Origin: Alphaproteobacteria bacterium
GTDB lineage: Bacteria > Pseudomonadota > Alphaproteobacteria > SP197
Assembly: GCA_964291415.2 (NCBI GenBank)
Contig: OZ219920.1
Location: 736,001-800,000, forward strand
Length of the DNA stretch: 64,000 nt
Direction: 5' to 3'
Part shown: positions 21,692 through 33,264 of the stretch, in pieces
Layout: the number at the start of each line of letters is the position of its first letter
Position numbering within the stretch: the first letter of the stretch is position 1
Translations under genes and position numbers: made by a program
The notes under the pieces: generated by a model
What the model saw: the letters and a program-made list of their open reading frames with translations, nothing else
What the model was told of the DNA's origin: nothing
The model's database searches: none

Positions 21692-22566
21692 ATGAGCAAG
21701 ACTTCTGGAATGTTGTTGGCCGGCGCAGTGGCGCTTCTTCTGGCGGCGTGCGGAACACCGGCATCGATTGACCGCGTTGATGGAATGGCCACCGCGGATG
21801 ACCCGTTTCTCCAGCAACTTCACGCCGGCTATGTTGATCTCGCGCGCAAGGAAGCGGCGTACTACGACTGGGTCGATGCCGCGACATTTCGCGACCGGGC
21901 AGAGATGGTGGCTGAGGGTGTTGCCGTTGAGCCGTGGGATCCCACCGGCTGGAACATCGACTCGGCGGAGCAGATGGACCTTCTCGTCAACGAACGGGCG
22001 AACCTGATGGCGGAGCTGGCGGCAGGAGACAGGGTTGAGCGTCCGGAGGCTGCCGCCCGCGCGCAGACAAGCTTCGACTGCTGGATCGAGGAGGTCGAGG
22101 AAGGGCCGGTCCATCCGGCCCGATCGCAGCTCACCAGGAGACCCAGATAGCGTCATGCCGCGACTCCTTCTACGCGGCCATGGAAGAACTCTTGTACGTC
22201 GAGCCAGAGCCCGAACCCGTGCCTGAGCCCGAACCGCAAACGGAGTTTGTCGTCTACTTCGCCTGGAACAGCCCGGACCTCTCGGACACTGCCATGGGAT
22301 TTCTCGGTGAGGTTCTCGAGGAGGCCGTGCGCCAGCAGCCGTCGAGCATCGTGATTTCCGGGCACACGGACACTTCGGGAAGCAACGACTTCAACCTGGG
22401 TCTCTCCCGGGAGCGTGTCGAGGCGGTCGCGGCCTACATGACGGCAGCGGGAATCGATCCCTCGATCCTCGTTCTCGAATGGCATGGCGAGGCCTTGCCG
22501 GTGGTCGATACCGGCGATGACGTGCGCAATCCGAGCAATCGGCGTGTCGAAGTCTCGTTCGAGTGA
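21692..22566 (+). pseudogene. OmpA-family lipoprotein split by one frameshift at about 22110-22125
   Basis: Lipobox LAAC; FDCW..EVEE continues in another frame as HQETQIASCRDSF; (EP)n linker; OmpA C-terminal domain VYFAW, GHTD.SGS..FN..LS.ER, NRRVE. Confidence 0.8.
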
Positions 22567-22576
22567 GGAGAAGGCG

Positions 22577-22933
22577 ATGACCGACGAATCCCGTCGCATC
22601 GTCCGGCGCGGTGACGACACCTCGCGGTTTGTGCCCTATGACCGTTACGGCGAGGCCATTCCCGGGCTGTCGTGGATCAGCATGAGCCTTGATCCGGAGA
22701 CCGGGTGTGGATCCTATCTGCTGCGTCTCGAACCGGGCTACTCGTCACTGCCTCATGAACACGTCGACTATGAGGATTTCTTCGTGGTCGACGGCGAGCT
22801 CGTCGATGATGACGGCAGCGTCTTTCGCCAGGGGGATTTCGTGTCGTTCAGACCGGGAACGATTCATTCGTCCACCACCCGCACCGGTTGCACGCTTGCC
22901 GTCTTCCTGCGCACGGCCAACCGCCTGATCTGA
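22577..22933 (+). CDS. Cupin-domain protein (ChrR-like)
   Basis: HEH..YEDFFVVDG, GDFV.F.PGT.HS; GAGGAG RBS. Confidence 0.8.
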   Translation: MTDESRRIVRRGDDTSRFVPYDRYGEAIPGLSWISMSLDPETGCGSYLLRLEPGYSSLPHEHVDYEDFFVVDGELVDDDGSVFRQGDFVSFRPGTIHSSTTRTGCTLAVFLRTANRLI

Positions 22934-23095
22934 CTGTCCGGGGCGCAGACCCGCCTCGGCTGGTCGCCAGGGCGACCGTTCGACGCAAAGGGCGGGAACC
23001 GCGTCCCTGTCTGAGAACACGTGCGCCGGCGGGTTTCCTCCGGACATCGGTGCCGAACTCGCCACCGCGCGAACGTGCGGAGTCCCCAGACAATG

Positions 23096-23127
23096 AAAAG
23101 GGGGCCGTGGCATGGCCACGGCCCCCC
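23096..23127 (-). terminator. Intrinsic terminator after groL copy 2
   Basis: 12-bp stem GGGGGCCGTGGC/GCCACGGCCCCC, 3-nt loop, TTTT on the minus strand. Confidence 0.75.
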
Positions 23128-23155
23128 TTGTCGGAGGGTGACTGGCAAGCGGGGC

Positions 23156-25155
<2,000 letters not shown>

Positions 25156-25204
25156 GAGCTCTCTTCCTCTTCGTGAGCAGGCGGCAGGTGCCCGCCGTGA
25201 TGTG

Positions 25205-25231
25205 TTGGCACTCACCGGCGGCGAGTGCCAA
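25205..25231. promoter_or_regulatory. CIRCE element upstream of groESL copy 2
   Basis: TTGGCACTC-N9-GAGTGCCAA; palindrome extends by TGTG/CACA (25201-25235); TTGACA on the minus strand at 25256-25261. Confidence 0.95.
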
Positions 25232-25587
25232 CACACATGGTGTCGCGTTCGCCCCTGTCAAGACCGTTTCGTGTGACCGGGCTTTCAGGGAGTCGACGCC
25301 TTTGCCTGCGAGCGCGTCGCCGGGAGACCTGACGGCAGCGAACGGCATCGGCTTTGACCCATGCGCCGGATGACGCCGCAGCAACGCAGGTCAGTCTGCC
25401 GGAGATGGGTCGGGGCCCGCCTCCATGGCCGCTCACGGGCAAGGAGAAGAGGGAAACACCAGACCTCCATGACAGCCGGATCGACCTCGCCGGGACGGGA
25501 CAGGCTCGTTGTTTTCGAGGTGACACAGGCGCCGGGATGTGTGTTATAAGGATCTGCGGTGAACTGTTGAGGAGGCACCAAGGCGCC

Positions 25588-26526
25588 ATGGCCGTGACAG
25601 ACAGTGCCCGGACTGTGTCCTATGGGGACAGCCAGCGGACCTCCCTGATCTTCCGTGTGAACGCGCTGTTCCTGCGTCACGAGTGGATCAGGGGCTACAC
25701 CCTGCTATCGCCGACGTTGCTGGTGATGGTGATGCTGATGTGCCTGCCAGTGTTCATGCTGGTGACCTACAGCTTCTGGACCCAGAACTATCTGGACATC
25801 GACAGGACGTTTACGCTGGCCAACTACGAGGCCTTCTTCCAGAAACCGATCTATGTCGCCCTGATCATGAAGTCGGTCAGGATGTCGCTCTTCTGCACCT
25901 TCGCGACCATCATCCTCGCCTACCCGATGGCCTACTTCATCGCCTTCAAGGTCAAGAGCAACAAGCTGGTCTGGCTCATTCTCATCACCGTGCCGTTCTG
26001 GACGAGCTACCTGCTTCGCGTCTTCGCCTGGAAGGTCATTCTCGGGTACAACGGTGTCGTCAACTCGGGACTCATCAGCGTCGGGCTGATCGGCGAGCCC
26101 CTGCAGTTCCTGCTCTACAATCCGACGGCGGTGGTGCTGACCCTGGCGCACGCCTGGGCCGCCTTCGCCATTCTTCCCATCTACGTGTCGCTGGAGAAGA
26201 TCGACAGATCCTACCTTGAAGCGGCCACCGACCTGGGCGACACCCCCTCGGAGCGCTTCTGGCGGGTGACCTGGCCGCTGTCGCTTCCCGGCGTCATCGC
26301 GGCAGGCCTTCTGGTCTTCATTCCGACCGTTGCCGATTACGTGACACCGCGCCTTGTGGGCGGCACGACAGGCATCATGATCGGCAACATCATCCAGTCG
26401 CAGTTCGGCAAGGCCAACAACTGGCCGCTGGGCGCGGCGCTGTCCGTGATTGTCATGCTGATGATCGCCTTCCTGGTGGTTGTCTTCATTGTCACGACGA
26501 CCCGCGGAAGGGCGCGATCCGCATGA
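25588..26526 (+). CDS. Polyamine-type ABC transporter permease (PotB-like)
   Basis: PFWTSYLLR..AW, EAATDLG EAA motif, ANNWPLGAALS. Confidence 0.88.
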   Translation: MAVTDSARTVSYGDSQRTSLIFRVNALFLRHEWIRGYTLLSPTLLVMVMLMCLPVFMLVTYSFWTQNYLDIDRTFTLANYEAFFQKPIYVALIMKSVRMSLFCTFATIILAYPMAYFIAFKVKSNKLVWLILITVPFWTSYLLRVFAWKVILGYNGVVNSGLISVGLIGEPLQFLLYNPTAVVLTLAHAWAAFAILPIYVSLEKIDRSYLEAATDLGDTPSERFWRVTWPLSLPGVIAAGLLVFIPTVADYVTPRLVGGTTGIMIGNIIQSQFGKANNWPLGAALSVIVMLMIAFLVVVFIVTTTRGRARSA

Positions 26527-27428
26527 CCGACACGACTGCCCAGGGGAGTCTGACGGCCCAAAAGGCCGCGGAGGACCAGCGCGGCGAGGAAGCGCCGCAG
26601 TATTTTGCCTCCAAGCACGAGGGACATCACTGGACCGCCGAGGCGCCGATGTTCCTCTACGCGGTCTGGTATCTGGCCTTCCTCTATATCCCGGTGCTGT
26701 TCCTGCCGCTGTTTTCATTCAACGACTCCATCTATGTCGCCTTCCCGCTCAAGGGCTTCTCCCTCGAGTGGTATGGCGACATGGTGAGTACCCAGCAGTT
26801 GCTCGAGGCCCTCGCCAACAGTGTCAAGGTGGGTGGCGCCGTGGCGGTCCTCTCGACGATCCTGGGATTGTTCGCTGCCAAGGCGATGACGCGCTACGTG
26901 ATGCCCGGCAAGGGAGCCGTCACGGCCTTCATCATGCTGCCGCTTGTCGTGCCGGGCATCATTCTCGGCATCTCCCTCCTGGTGATCACCAACATGGTGG
27001 GAATGCCACTCTCGCTCTACACCATTGGCCTCGCCCACACGCTGATCAGCGTGCCGTTTGCCACGCTGGTGCTGATGTCCCGCCTCGAGGGTTTCGACAA
27101 GAACCTCGAGGAGGCCTCGCTCGACCTTGGCGAGGGTCCGTTCCGGACATTTTTCCGGGTGACCCTGCCGCTTGCCTGGCCGGGCATCCTGGCGAGTCTG
27201 CTTCTCACCTTCACGATCTCCTTCGATGAGTTCATCCTCGCCTTCTTCCTGGCGGGCAACGAAGCGACCCTGCCGGTCTACATCTGGAGTCAGTTGCGCT
27301 TTCCGAGCAGATTGCCGATGGTGCTGGCCCTTGGCGCCACCATCCTGATCTTCTCGTTCTTCATCGTGACTGTCGCCGAGGTGTTGCGCAGGCGCGGTGT
27401 CGGCCCGCAGTCTGGATCGGCGATCTGA
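26523..27428 (+). CDS. Polyamine-type ABC transporter permease (PotC-like)
   Basis: FSFNDS, EEASLDLG, FTISFDEF, TLPVYIWS. Confidence 0.88.
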   Translation: MTDTTAQGSLTAQKAAEDQRGEEAPQYFASKHEGHHWTAEAPMFLYAVWYLAFLYIPVLFLPLFSFNDSIYVAFPLKGFSLEWYGDMVSTQQLLEALANSVKVGGAVAVLSTILGLFAAKAMTRYVMPGKGAVTAFIMLPLVVPGIILGISLLVITNMVGMPLSLYTIGLAHTLISVPFATLVLMSRLEGFDKNLEEASLDLGEGPFRTFFRVTLPLAWPGILASLLLTFTISFDEFILAFFLAGNEATLPVYIWSQLRFPSRLPMVLALGATILIFSFFIVTVAEVLRRRGVGPQSGSAI

Positions 27429-27479
27429 CCGGAGTGACCCGGCACATCTTCAACCTTGCAATCTTGACGGACAGGGCTC

Positions 27480-28577
27480 ATGGCACGTGACGACTACATC
27501 TCGATGAGAAACACGTCGAAGCACTTCGGCAGCGTCAGGGCTGTCGACGATGTGACCTTCGACATCGGCGAGGGAGAGTTCTTTTCCCTTCTCGGCGCCT
27601 CCGGGTGCGGCAAGACGACGCTGCTGCGGATGCTGGCGGGTTTCGAGCAGCCCACCCTGGGCAATATCTTCCTCGATGGCCAGCCGCAGGCCGGGGTGCC
27701 GCCACACCATCGTCCGGTCAACATGGTGTTCCAGAACTACGCCATCTTTCCGCATCTCAACGTCAACCGGAACATCGCCTACGGCATGCGCAAGTCGGGC
27801 CTCTCCAAGGCGGAGGTTGACCGGCGGGTGGACGAGATGCTCGACCTCATCAAGCTGCCCGGCTACGGCGCCCGGGGCGCTCACCAGCTGTCCGGCGGCC
27901 AGCGCCAGCGTGTCGCCCTGGCACGCGCCCTCATCAAGAAACCCAAGGTGCTGCTGCTTGACGAGCCGCTTGGCGCCCTTGACAAGAAACTGCGCGAGCA
28001 GATGCAGCTCGAGTTGCGGGCCCTGCAGCGCGATGTCGGCATCACCTTCGTGTTCGTGACCCACGATCAGGAAGAGGCCATGACGATGTCCGACCGTATT
28101 GCGGTCATGTCGCTCGGCAAGGTTCTGCAGATCGATTCACCGGCCCGGCTCTACGAGGTGCCGAAGGTGAAGGAGGTGGCGGACTTCATTGGCACGGTCA
28201 ACCTCTTCGAAGGCGACATCAGGGGCCGGGAGGGTGATGGCACCATCGTTGAGGCAGAGGGTCTGGGGACCGTCCGCTCGACGGCCTCCGGCGCCGAGGC
28301 GCCTTCGGCCGGACCGATCACCGTCGCCATTCGCCCCGAGAAGTTCCAGCTGACCTTCTCTGAACCGGAGGCAACCAGGAACATGGTGACCGGCACCATG
28401 CAGGCGGCGGCCTATCTCGGTGACCGCAGTCATTACTATGTCACCGTTGATGGGCGCGAGACGCCGATCGCCGTCGCTGCCCAGAATGCCCAGCGTCAGC
28501 TCTCGGTCGTGGGCCAGCACCATGAACGTGTCTGGCTGACCTGGAACGACGATTCGGCCCTGTTGCTGACAGCCTGA
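27480..28577 (+). CDS. Polyamine-type ABC transporter ATP-binding protein (PotA-like)
   Basis: GASGCGKTT, LSGGQRQR, LLLDEP, VTHDQEEA, C-terminal TOBE-like region. Confidence 0.92.
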   Translation: MARDDYISMRNTSKHFGSVRAVDDVTFDIGEGEFFSLLGASGCGKTTLLRMLAGFEQPTLGNIFLDGQPQAGVPPHHRPVNMVFQNYAIFPHLNVNRNIAYGMRKSGLSKAEVDRRVDEMLDLIKLPGYGARGAHQLSGGQRQRVALARALIKKPKVLLLDEPLGALDKKLREQMQLELRALQRDVGITFVFVTHDQEEAMTMSDRIAVMSLGKVLQIDSPARLYEVPKVKEVADFIGTVNLFEGDIRGREGDGTIVEAEGLGTVRSTASGAEAPSAGPITVAIRPEKFQLTFSEPEATRNMVTGTMQAAAYLGDRSHYYVTVDGRETPIAVAAQNAQRQLSVVGQHHERVWLTWNDDSALLLTA

Positions 28578-28618
28578 AGCACCGCAGCCCTCGCCTGCGG
28601 GCGAGTCTGTGGGGAGCG

Positions 28619-29800
28619 ATGCGTTACAGCGCCACGATTGCGCGCCTCGAGAACGAGGGATCGCGGGCCTGGGACCTGCATGCCCGCGCCCAGGAGGAGC
28701 GGCGTCGCGGACGCGATGTCATCCTGCTGAGCATCGGTGATCCCGACTTTCCCACGCCGCCCGGCATTGTCGATGCCCTGGTGAAGAGTGTCTCGGAGGG
28801 CGACACCCACTATGGGGAGGTGGACGGCGCCAGGGAGCTGAGGCGCGCCATTGCCGAACGACACGCACGCGACACCGGAACGAATGTCACCTGGGAGAAT
28901 GTCACCGTGACCCCCGGCGCCCAGGGTGCGCTCTTCGGAGCCATCATGTGCCTCGCCCAGGCGGGTGACGAAGTGGTGGTGCCGCAGCCCTGCTACGTGA
29001 CCTACGACTCCGTCGTGCAGGCCAGCGGCGCCACGCTCGTCAGCGTTCCCCTGCGACCCGACCGGGCGTTTCATCTGGATGCCGACGATGTTGCGGCGGC
29101 CGTCACCCCGAAAACACGCGTGGTCATGATCAACACGCCGCACAATCCGACGGGAGCCGCCCTTGGACCGGACGAGCTCGAAGGACTGGCGCATCTCTGC
29201 CGGTCCCATGACCTGTGGCTTGTCAGCGACGAGGTCTACAGCCGGACTCTCTTCGATGGCCGCCGGCATGTCTCTCCCCGCAGCCTTCCTGGCATGGAGT
29301 CGCGCTGTGTCGTCATTGACAGCCTCTCCAAGTCCCACGCGATGACCGGATGGCGTATCGGCTGGACGGTGGCTCCTGTGGAGTTTGCCCGGCACATGTA
29401 CAATCTGGCTCTGGCGATCCACTACGGTCTGCCGACATTCATCCAGGCGGCGGCCATCGAAGCGGTTCGCGGGGACTACCACGAGGTGGCGGAGATGACG
29501 CGGCGCTACCAGACGCGTCTCGATCTGTTGTGCGATTGCCTGGCCCCCTGCGGCAACCTTGCCGTCGTCAGGCCCCAGGGCGCCTGTTTCATGATGATCG
29601 ACGTGCGCGCCACGGGTCTCTCGTCCATGGACTTTTCCTGGAGGTTGCTCGAGGAGGCCGGGGTCGCCGTTCTGGCATGCGACGGCTTCGGCAGCACCGG
29701 CGCCGGTTTTGTCAGACTGTCTCTGACGGCGTCCGACGAGGATCTTCGCAGCGCCGGAGAGCGCATTGCCGGTTTCGCCGCCACATTGCCCGGCGGCTGA
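28619..29800 (+). CDS. PLP-dependent class I/II aminotransferase (AruH arginine:pyruvate transaminase-like)
   Basis: AWDLH, LSIGDPDF, NTPHNPTG, SDEVY, SLSKSHAMTGWRIG. Confidence 0.85.
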   Translation: MRYSATIARLENEGSRAWDLHARAQEERRRGRDVILLSIGDPDFPTPPGIVDALVKSVSEGDTHYGEVDGARELRRAIAERHARDTGTNVTWENVTVTPGAQGALFGAIMCLAQAGDEVVVPQPCYVTYDSVVQASGATLVSVPLRPDRAFHLDADDVAAAVTPKTRVVMINTPHNPTGAALGPDELEGLAHLCRSHDLWLVSDEVYSRTLFDGRRHVSPRSLPGMESRCVVIDSLSKSHAMTGWRIGWTVAPVEFARHMYNLALAIHYGLPTFIQAAAIEAVRGDYHEVAEMTRRYQTRLDLLCDCLAPCGNLAVVRPQGACFMMIDVRATGLSSMDFSWRLLEEAGVAVLACDGFGSTGAGFVRLSLTASDEDLRSAGERIAGFAATLPGG

Positions 29801-29809
29801 GGTCAGGGG

Positions 29810-30355
29810 ATGGCGACAAAGGTGCGGTACCGGCTGCGGCATGCGCTTCCGTTGCTGGCCTTCGCTGCCCTGGCCGTGTCGCTGGCGATCGGTCTCGGGC
29901 GCGACCCCTCCCACGTGCCATCCGCTCTCATCGGCGATCCGGTACCCGAGATCGTCCTGCCGGCCGTCGAGAACCACGGACCGTCGTTCACGTCGAAGGA
30001 CTTCCAGGGCAAGGCCACGCTGGTCAACGTCTTTGCTTCCTGGTGCGCGAGCTGCCTTGACGAGCATCCCCTGCTGATGGAGATTTCTGCCAGCGGCGCG
30101 GCGCGAATCTTCGGTCTTGCCTACAAGGACGATTCCGCGGCGGCGTCCGCGTGGCTGGATCGTCTCGGCAATCCCTACGCCGCCACTGCTGCCGACGTCG
30201 ATGGCAGGGCAGGCGTGGAATGGGGTGTCAGGGGCGTGCCTGAGACCTTCGTCGTGGATGCCGGCGGCATCATCGTCTACAAGCATGTCGGACCACTCAC
30301 ACGGGATATCTGGCGCCGCGACATGCTGCCCGTGATCACAGGAGCCGGATCGTGA
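29810..30355 (+). CDS. dsbE: DsbE/CcmG-family thiol:disulfide interchange protein
   Basis: PSALIG.PVP, NVFASWCASC..EHP, YKD, GVPETF. Confidence 0.85.
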   Translation: MATKVRYRLRHALPLLAFAALAVSLAIGLGRDPSHVPSALIGDPVPEIVLPAVENHGPSFTSKDFQGKATLVNVFASWCASCLDEHPLLMEISASGAARIFGLAYKDDSAAASAWLDRLGNPYAATAADVDGRAGVEWGVRGVPETFVVDAGGIIVYKHVGPLTRDIWRRDMLPVITGAGS

Positions 30356-30906
30356 CCACATCGCTGCGAAAAATCGCCTGGTGCATCCCTGTGTTCCTGT
30401 TCTGCCTCGCCGTCGGGGTGAAGCCGGCTGCGGCCCTCGATGCTCTGGCCTGGCTCGATCCCCCGTTTCCGGCCCCCGAGACCCCCTACCTGGTCGAGGG
30501 CGGGGGAACCGGGACCCTTGCCGATCACAGGGGCAAGGCCATCGTGCTCAACTTCTGGGCGACATGGTGCCCTCCCTGCATCGAGGAAATGCCCTCGCTC
30601 GATCGCCTCGCCGCGCGTCATGCCGGCAGCCACCTCGCCGTCATCACCATGGCCGCGGACCGGGCGAGCGAGGAGAAGATCAAGGCCTTCCATGACGAAC
30701 ACGAACTTCGTCACCTGACGATCCAGCGTGATCCGGACTTGAAGCTGGCGCGTTCCATGCGGCTCTTTGGCCTGCCGACGACCTTTCTCATCGATCACCG
30801 GGGCGATGTCGTGGCGCAGCTGGTCGGCGAGGCGCAATGGGACGGGGATGAGGCCCTGGCCGTGATCATGCCCCTCGTGGAAGCCGCGGCGGCCGATGCG
30901 CCCTGA
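30352..30906 (+). CDS. TlpA-family disulfide reductase
   Basis: LNFWATWCPPCIEEMPSL, LPTTFLID. Confidence 0.88.
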   Translation: MTTSLRKIAWCIPVFLFCLAVGVKPAAALDALAWLDPPFPAPETPYLVEGGGTGTLADHRGKAIVLNFWATWCPPCIEEMPSLDRLAARHAGSHLAVITMAADRASEEKIKAFHDEHELRHLTIQRDPDLKLARSMRLFGLPTTFLIDHRGDVVAQLVGEAQWDGDEALAVIMPLVEAAAADAP

Positions 30907-31637
30907 TGGAGATCCACGGGGTTGAACTGGGGGTCGCGCTCGTCGCCGGCATCGTGTCGTTCCTTTCACCCTGTGTTCTTCCCCTGGTGCCGGCCTACGT
31001 CTCCTACGTGGCCGGCGTCACCGTCGATGACCTGGCGCGCCAGGACGGCCGAAGGCCGGCGATTCTGGTGGCCAGCCTCCTGTTCGTGCTCGGTTTCTCG
31101 ACGGTGTTCGTGCTGTTCGGTGCCAGTGCGACCGCTGCCGGGGCCTTTGTCCTGCGCCACAGTCTCCTGCTTGTCGATATCGCGGGCATCGTCGTCATCG
31201 TCTTTGGCCTGGTGATGATGGGTGTGCTGCGCCTGCCGGTCCTGCAGCGCGATTTCAGGTTCCATCCGGCCCTGGGAAGGGGCAGGGCAGGGGCGGCCTA
31301 TGTTCTCGGTGTTGCCTTCGGATTCGGCTGGACCCCGTGTATCGGACCGGTTCTCGGGAGCATCCTCGCCATCGCCGCAACCAAGGCGACGATCGCCGGC
31401 GGCGTCTCGCTGCTGGCCGTCTACGCCCTCGGGCTGGGGCTGCCGTTTCTTGGCGCCGCCCTCTTCACCGGCGTCCTGCTGCGTCACCTGGGAGGACTGG
31501 GCCGGATCGGCCATCGCCTGCAGATCATCGCCGGCGCCGCTCTCGTCGCCATGGGCGTTGCCATGCTGGCGGGCTGGGTGTCGGCCATGGCCTGGTGGCT
31601 GCTGGAGACATTCCCCTTTCTGGCCGGGATCGGCTGA
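30906..31637 (+). CDS. ccdA: Cytochrome c biogenesis/thiol-redox membrane protein CcdA
   Basis: SFLSPCVLPLVP and GWTPCIGP motifs; about six TM segments. Confidence 0.9.
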   Translation: MEIHGVELGVALVAGIVSFLSPCVLPLVPAYVSYVAGVTVDDLARQDGRRPAILVASLLFVLGFSTVFVLFGASATAAGAFVLRHSLLLVDIAGIVVIVFGLVMMGVLRLPVLQRDFRFHPALGRGRAGAAYVLGVAFGFGWTPCIGPVLGSILAIAATKATIAGGVSLLAVYALGLGLPFLGAALFTGVLLRHLGGLGRIGHRLQIIAGAALVAMGVAMLAGWVSAMAWWLLETFPFLAGIG

Positions 31638-31639
31638 CC

Positions 31640-32008
31640 ATGGTGTCGACGGAGTATGATGCCTACTACGCCGTCATCCGCCGGATTCCAAAAGGAAGGG
31701 TCATGACCTACGGAGATGTCGCGCGGGCCGCCGGACTTGCGGGCCGCGCCCGCCGGGTCGGCTATGCGCTTGCCTGCTGCGGCGATCCCTTTCTGCCCTG
31801 GTGGCGGGTGATCAACGCACGGGGCCAGGCAAGCCGCAGCAACGGCCGATCCATCGGCGCCGACGAACAGGAACATCGCCTGAGACGCGAAGGCATCGCG
31901 ATCGATGAGTCGGGCACCATCGACCTCGCCCGGTACCGTTTCGTCGTCGACCCCGACGAGACCGAAGGCCCTTGTCCGCAGAGGCGTGGTCCGAACGGCG
32001 CCCGGTGA
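31640..32008 (+). CDS. Alkyltransferase-like (ATL/YbaZ, MGMT-family) DNA repair protein
   Basis: IPKGRVMTYGDVA, ARRVG, PWWRV (Trp in place of the catalytic Cys). Confidence 0.88.
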   Translation: MVSTEYDAYYAVIRRIPKGRVMTYGDVARAAGLAGRARRVGYALACCGDPFLPWWRVINARGQASRSNGRSIGADEQEHRLRREGIAIDESGTIDLARYRFVVDPDETEGPCPQRRGPNGAR

Positions 32009-33264
32009 GGAGACGCACCTGCGCGAGCTCTATCCGATGCCCGGCCGCCACTGCGCAGTGTCCCGAGATGGGCGTCGATGCGATCCGTGACCTGCCTTCG
32101 TTGCGGCAGGTTTTTCTTCTCCCGTTGCCAGACGTCGTGGAAACGCTCCGCCGTCTGCCTGGCGGTGTCGAGCACCGGTGTTGCAGCAAGACCGGCCTTG
32201 CCCGCAAGGAAGGAGAGTTCATCAGGCGTGTAACCGTCAAAGCGTCTTGTTCTTGCGAACCTGAGCGCAGCTTCCTCGTCCTCGATGTAGGGAATGGTCG
32301 AGACCAGATCATAGGCCGGCGCCAGAGCGGGCGTTCGTTTGTCCGGATAGACCAGCGACCAGTTCTTCAGATGCATGTCGGCGTTGCCGGTCAACGTGCA
32401 GAAGGTCAAACGCCTGATGAATTCCTCGACGTCAACCTCGCCTGCCTCCGCTCCAAGCACGGTCGCAATGTTGCGGTAGCTCGCGGCCCGGTACTTGTTC
32501 TCGGGGTAGACACCGAAGACCTGCGCGAAGTCTTCCGTGTGAACCGGGTGTCCCGCTTCACGGTCAAATCGCCTGACCGCCAGCGCCGGTCCCGGGAGAT
32601 CCCCGATTCCTTCCGGCAGGTTCGTGATCTCGTCAACATCGATGAGCTGAATCTCCGGGACATCGATGCCGACCAGACGCGCCAGGGTCATGAGCGCGTA
32701 CTCATTTTCAGGCATGCCTTCGAATCGCAGGGAGGGCAGTTTGACGATCCATGAACCGCCCACGCCGGACGCCGGTATCGTCAGGCCCTTGCCAGCTTCA
32801 TCGTCGTGGACTGCCGAGAACTTCAGCTGGATGCCAGCGAGTGAGAAGCGCAGCGCCCTATTGCGCCTCCGGGCGTCGGGAGCGCTCTCGTTCGCCATGG
32901 CGGGCGGCCATTCTTCGCCGCTTGCCTGCTCGACAGTCACTGCGCCAGAGAGGTCGTGTCCCAGGGCCCAGAGCAAATGGAACTCGCGCTCCTGATTGAC
33001 CCCGGCAAGACGGGCGAGGTACTGCCGCAGGTAGCCTTCGGGCAGCAGGTTCGAAAGGAAGGGCAACAGGCGCTTCTGCGTGACTGCAAACCCGGTAATC
33101 AGTTGTCTGTACTCGTCCTGGAAGCACAGCCCGAGCGTTGGCCGGTTCTCGTCGGCGATGTAGTCGTCCGTGAAGCTGAAAAGAGTGCGGTCGCCGCCGA
33201 CATGAGTCAGCGTACCGATCGTTTCGCCATGGAGATTGACATTGAGGACAGAGACGTCAGCCAT
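31762..33264 (-). CDS. hipA: HipA-family Ser/Thr kinase toxin, with C-terminal read-through antisense to the ATL gene
   Basis: Couple_hipA N-terminus (NLLPEG.LR), SLAGIQLK, ENEY, RFDR, EDFAQ, GNADMHLKNWS, APAYDL. Confidence 0.88.
   Translation of the reverse strand: MADVSVLNVNLHGETIGTLTHVGGDRTLFSFTDDYIADENRPTLGLCFQDEYRQLITGFAVTQKRLLPFLSNLLPEGYLRQYLARLAGVNQEREFHLLWALGHDLSGAVTVEQASGEEWPPAMANESAPDARRRNRALRFSLAGIQLKFSAVHDDEAGKGLTIPASGVGGSWIVKLPSLRFEGMPENEYALMTLARLVGIDVPEIQLIDVDEITNLPEGIGDLPGPALAVRRFDREAGHPVHTEDFAQVFGVYPENKYRAASYRNIATVLGAEAGEVDVEEFIRRLTFCTLTGNADMHLKNWSLVYPDKRTPALAPAYDLVSTIPYIEDEEAALRFARTRRFDGYTPDELSFLAGKAGLAATPVLDTARQTAERFHDVWQREKKNLPQRRQVTDRIDAHLGTLRSGGRASDRARAGASPHRAPFGPRLCGQGPSVSSGSTTKRYRARSMVPDSSIAMPSRLRRCSCSSAPMDRPLLRLAWPRALITRHQGRKGSPQQASA

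Noticed and set aside
22198-22240. Short GAGCCN tandem repeats, and the GGCATGGGC-type repeats at 23160-23205
   Set aside because: They encode an ordinary Glu-Pro linker and the GroEL GGM tail; not CRISPR or contingency repeats
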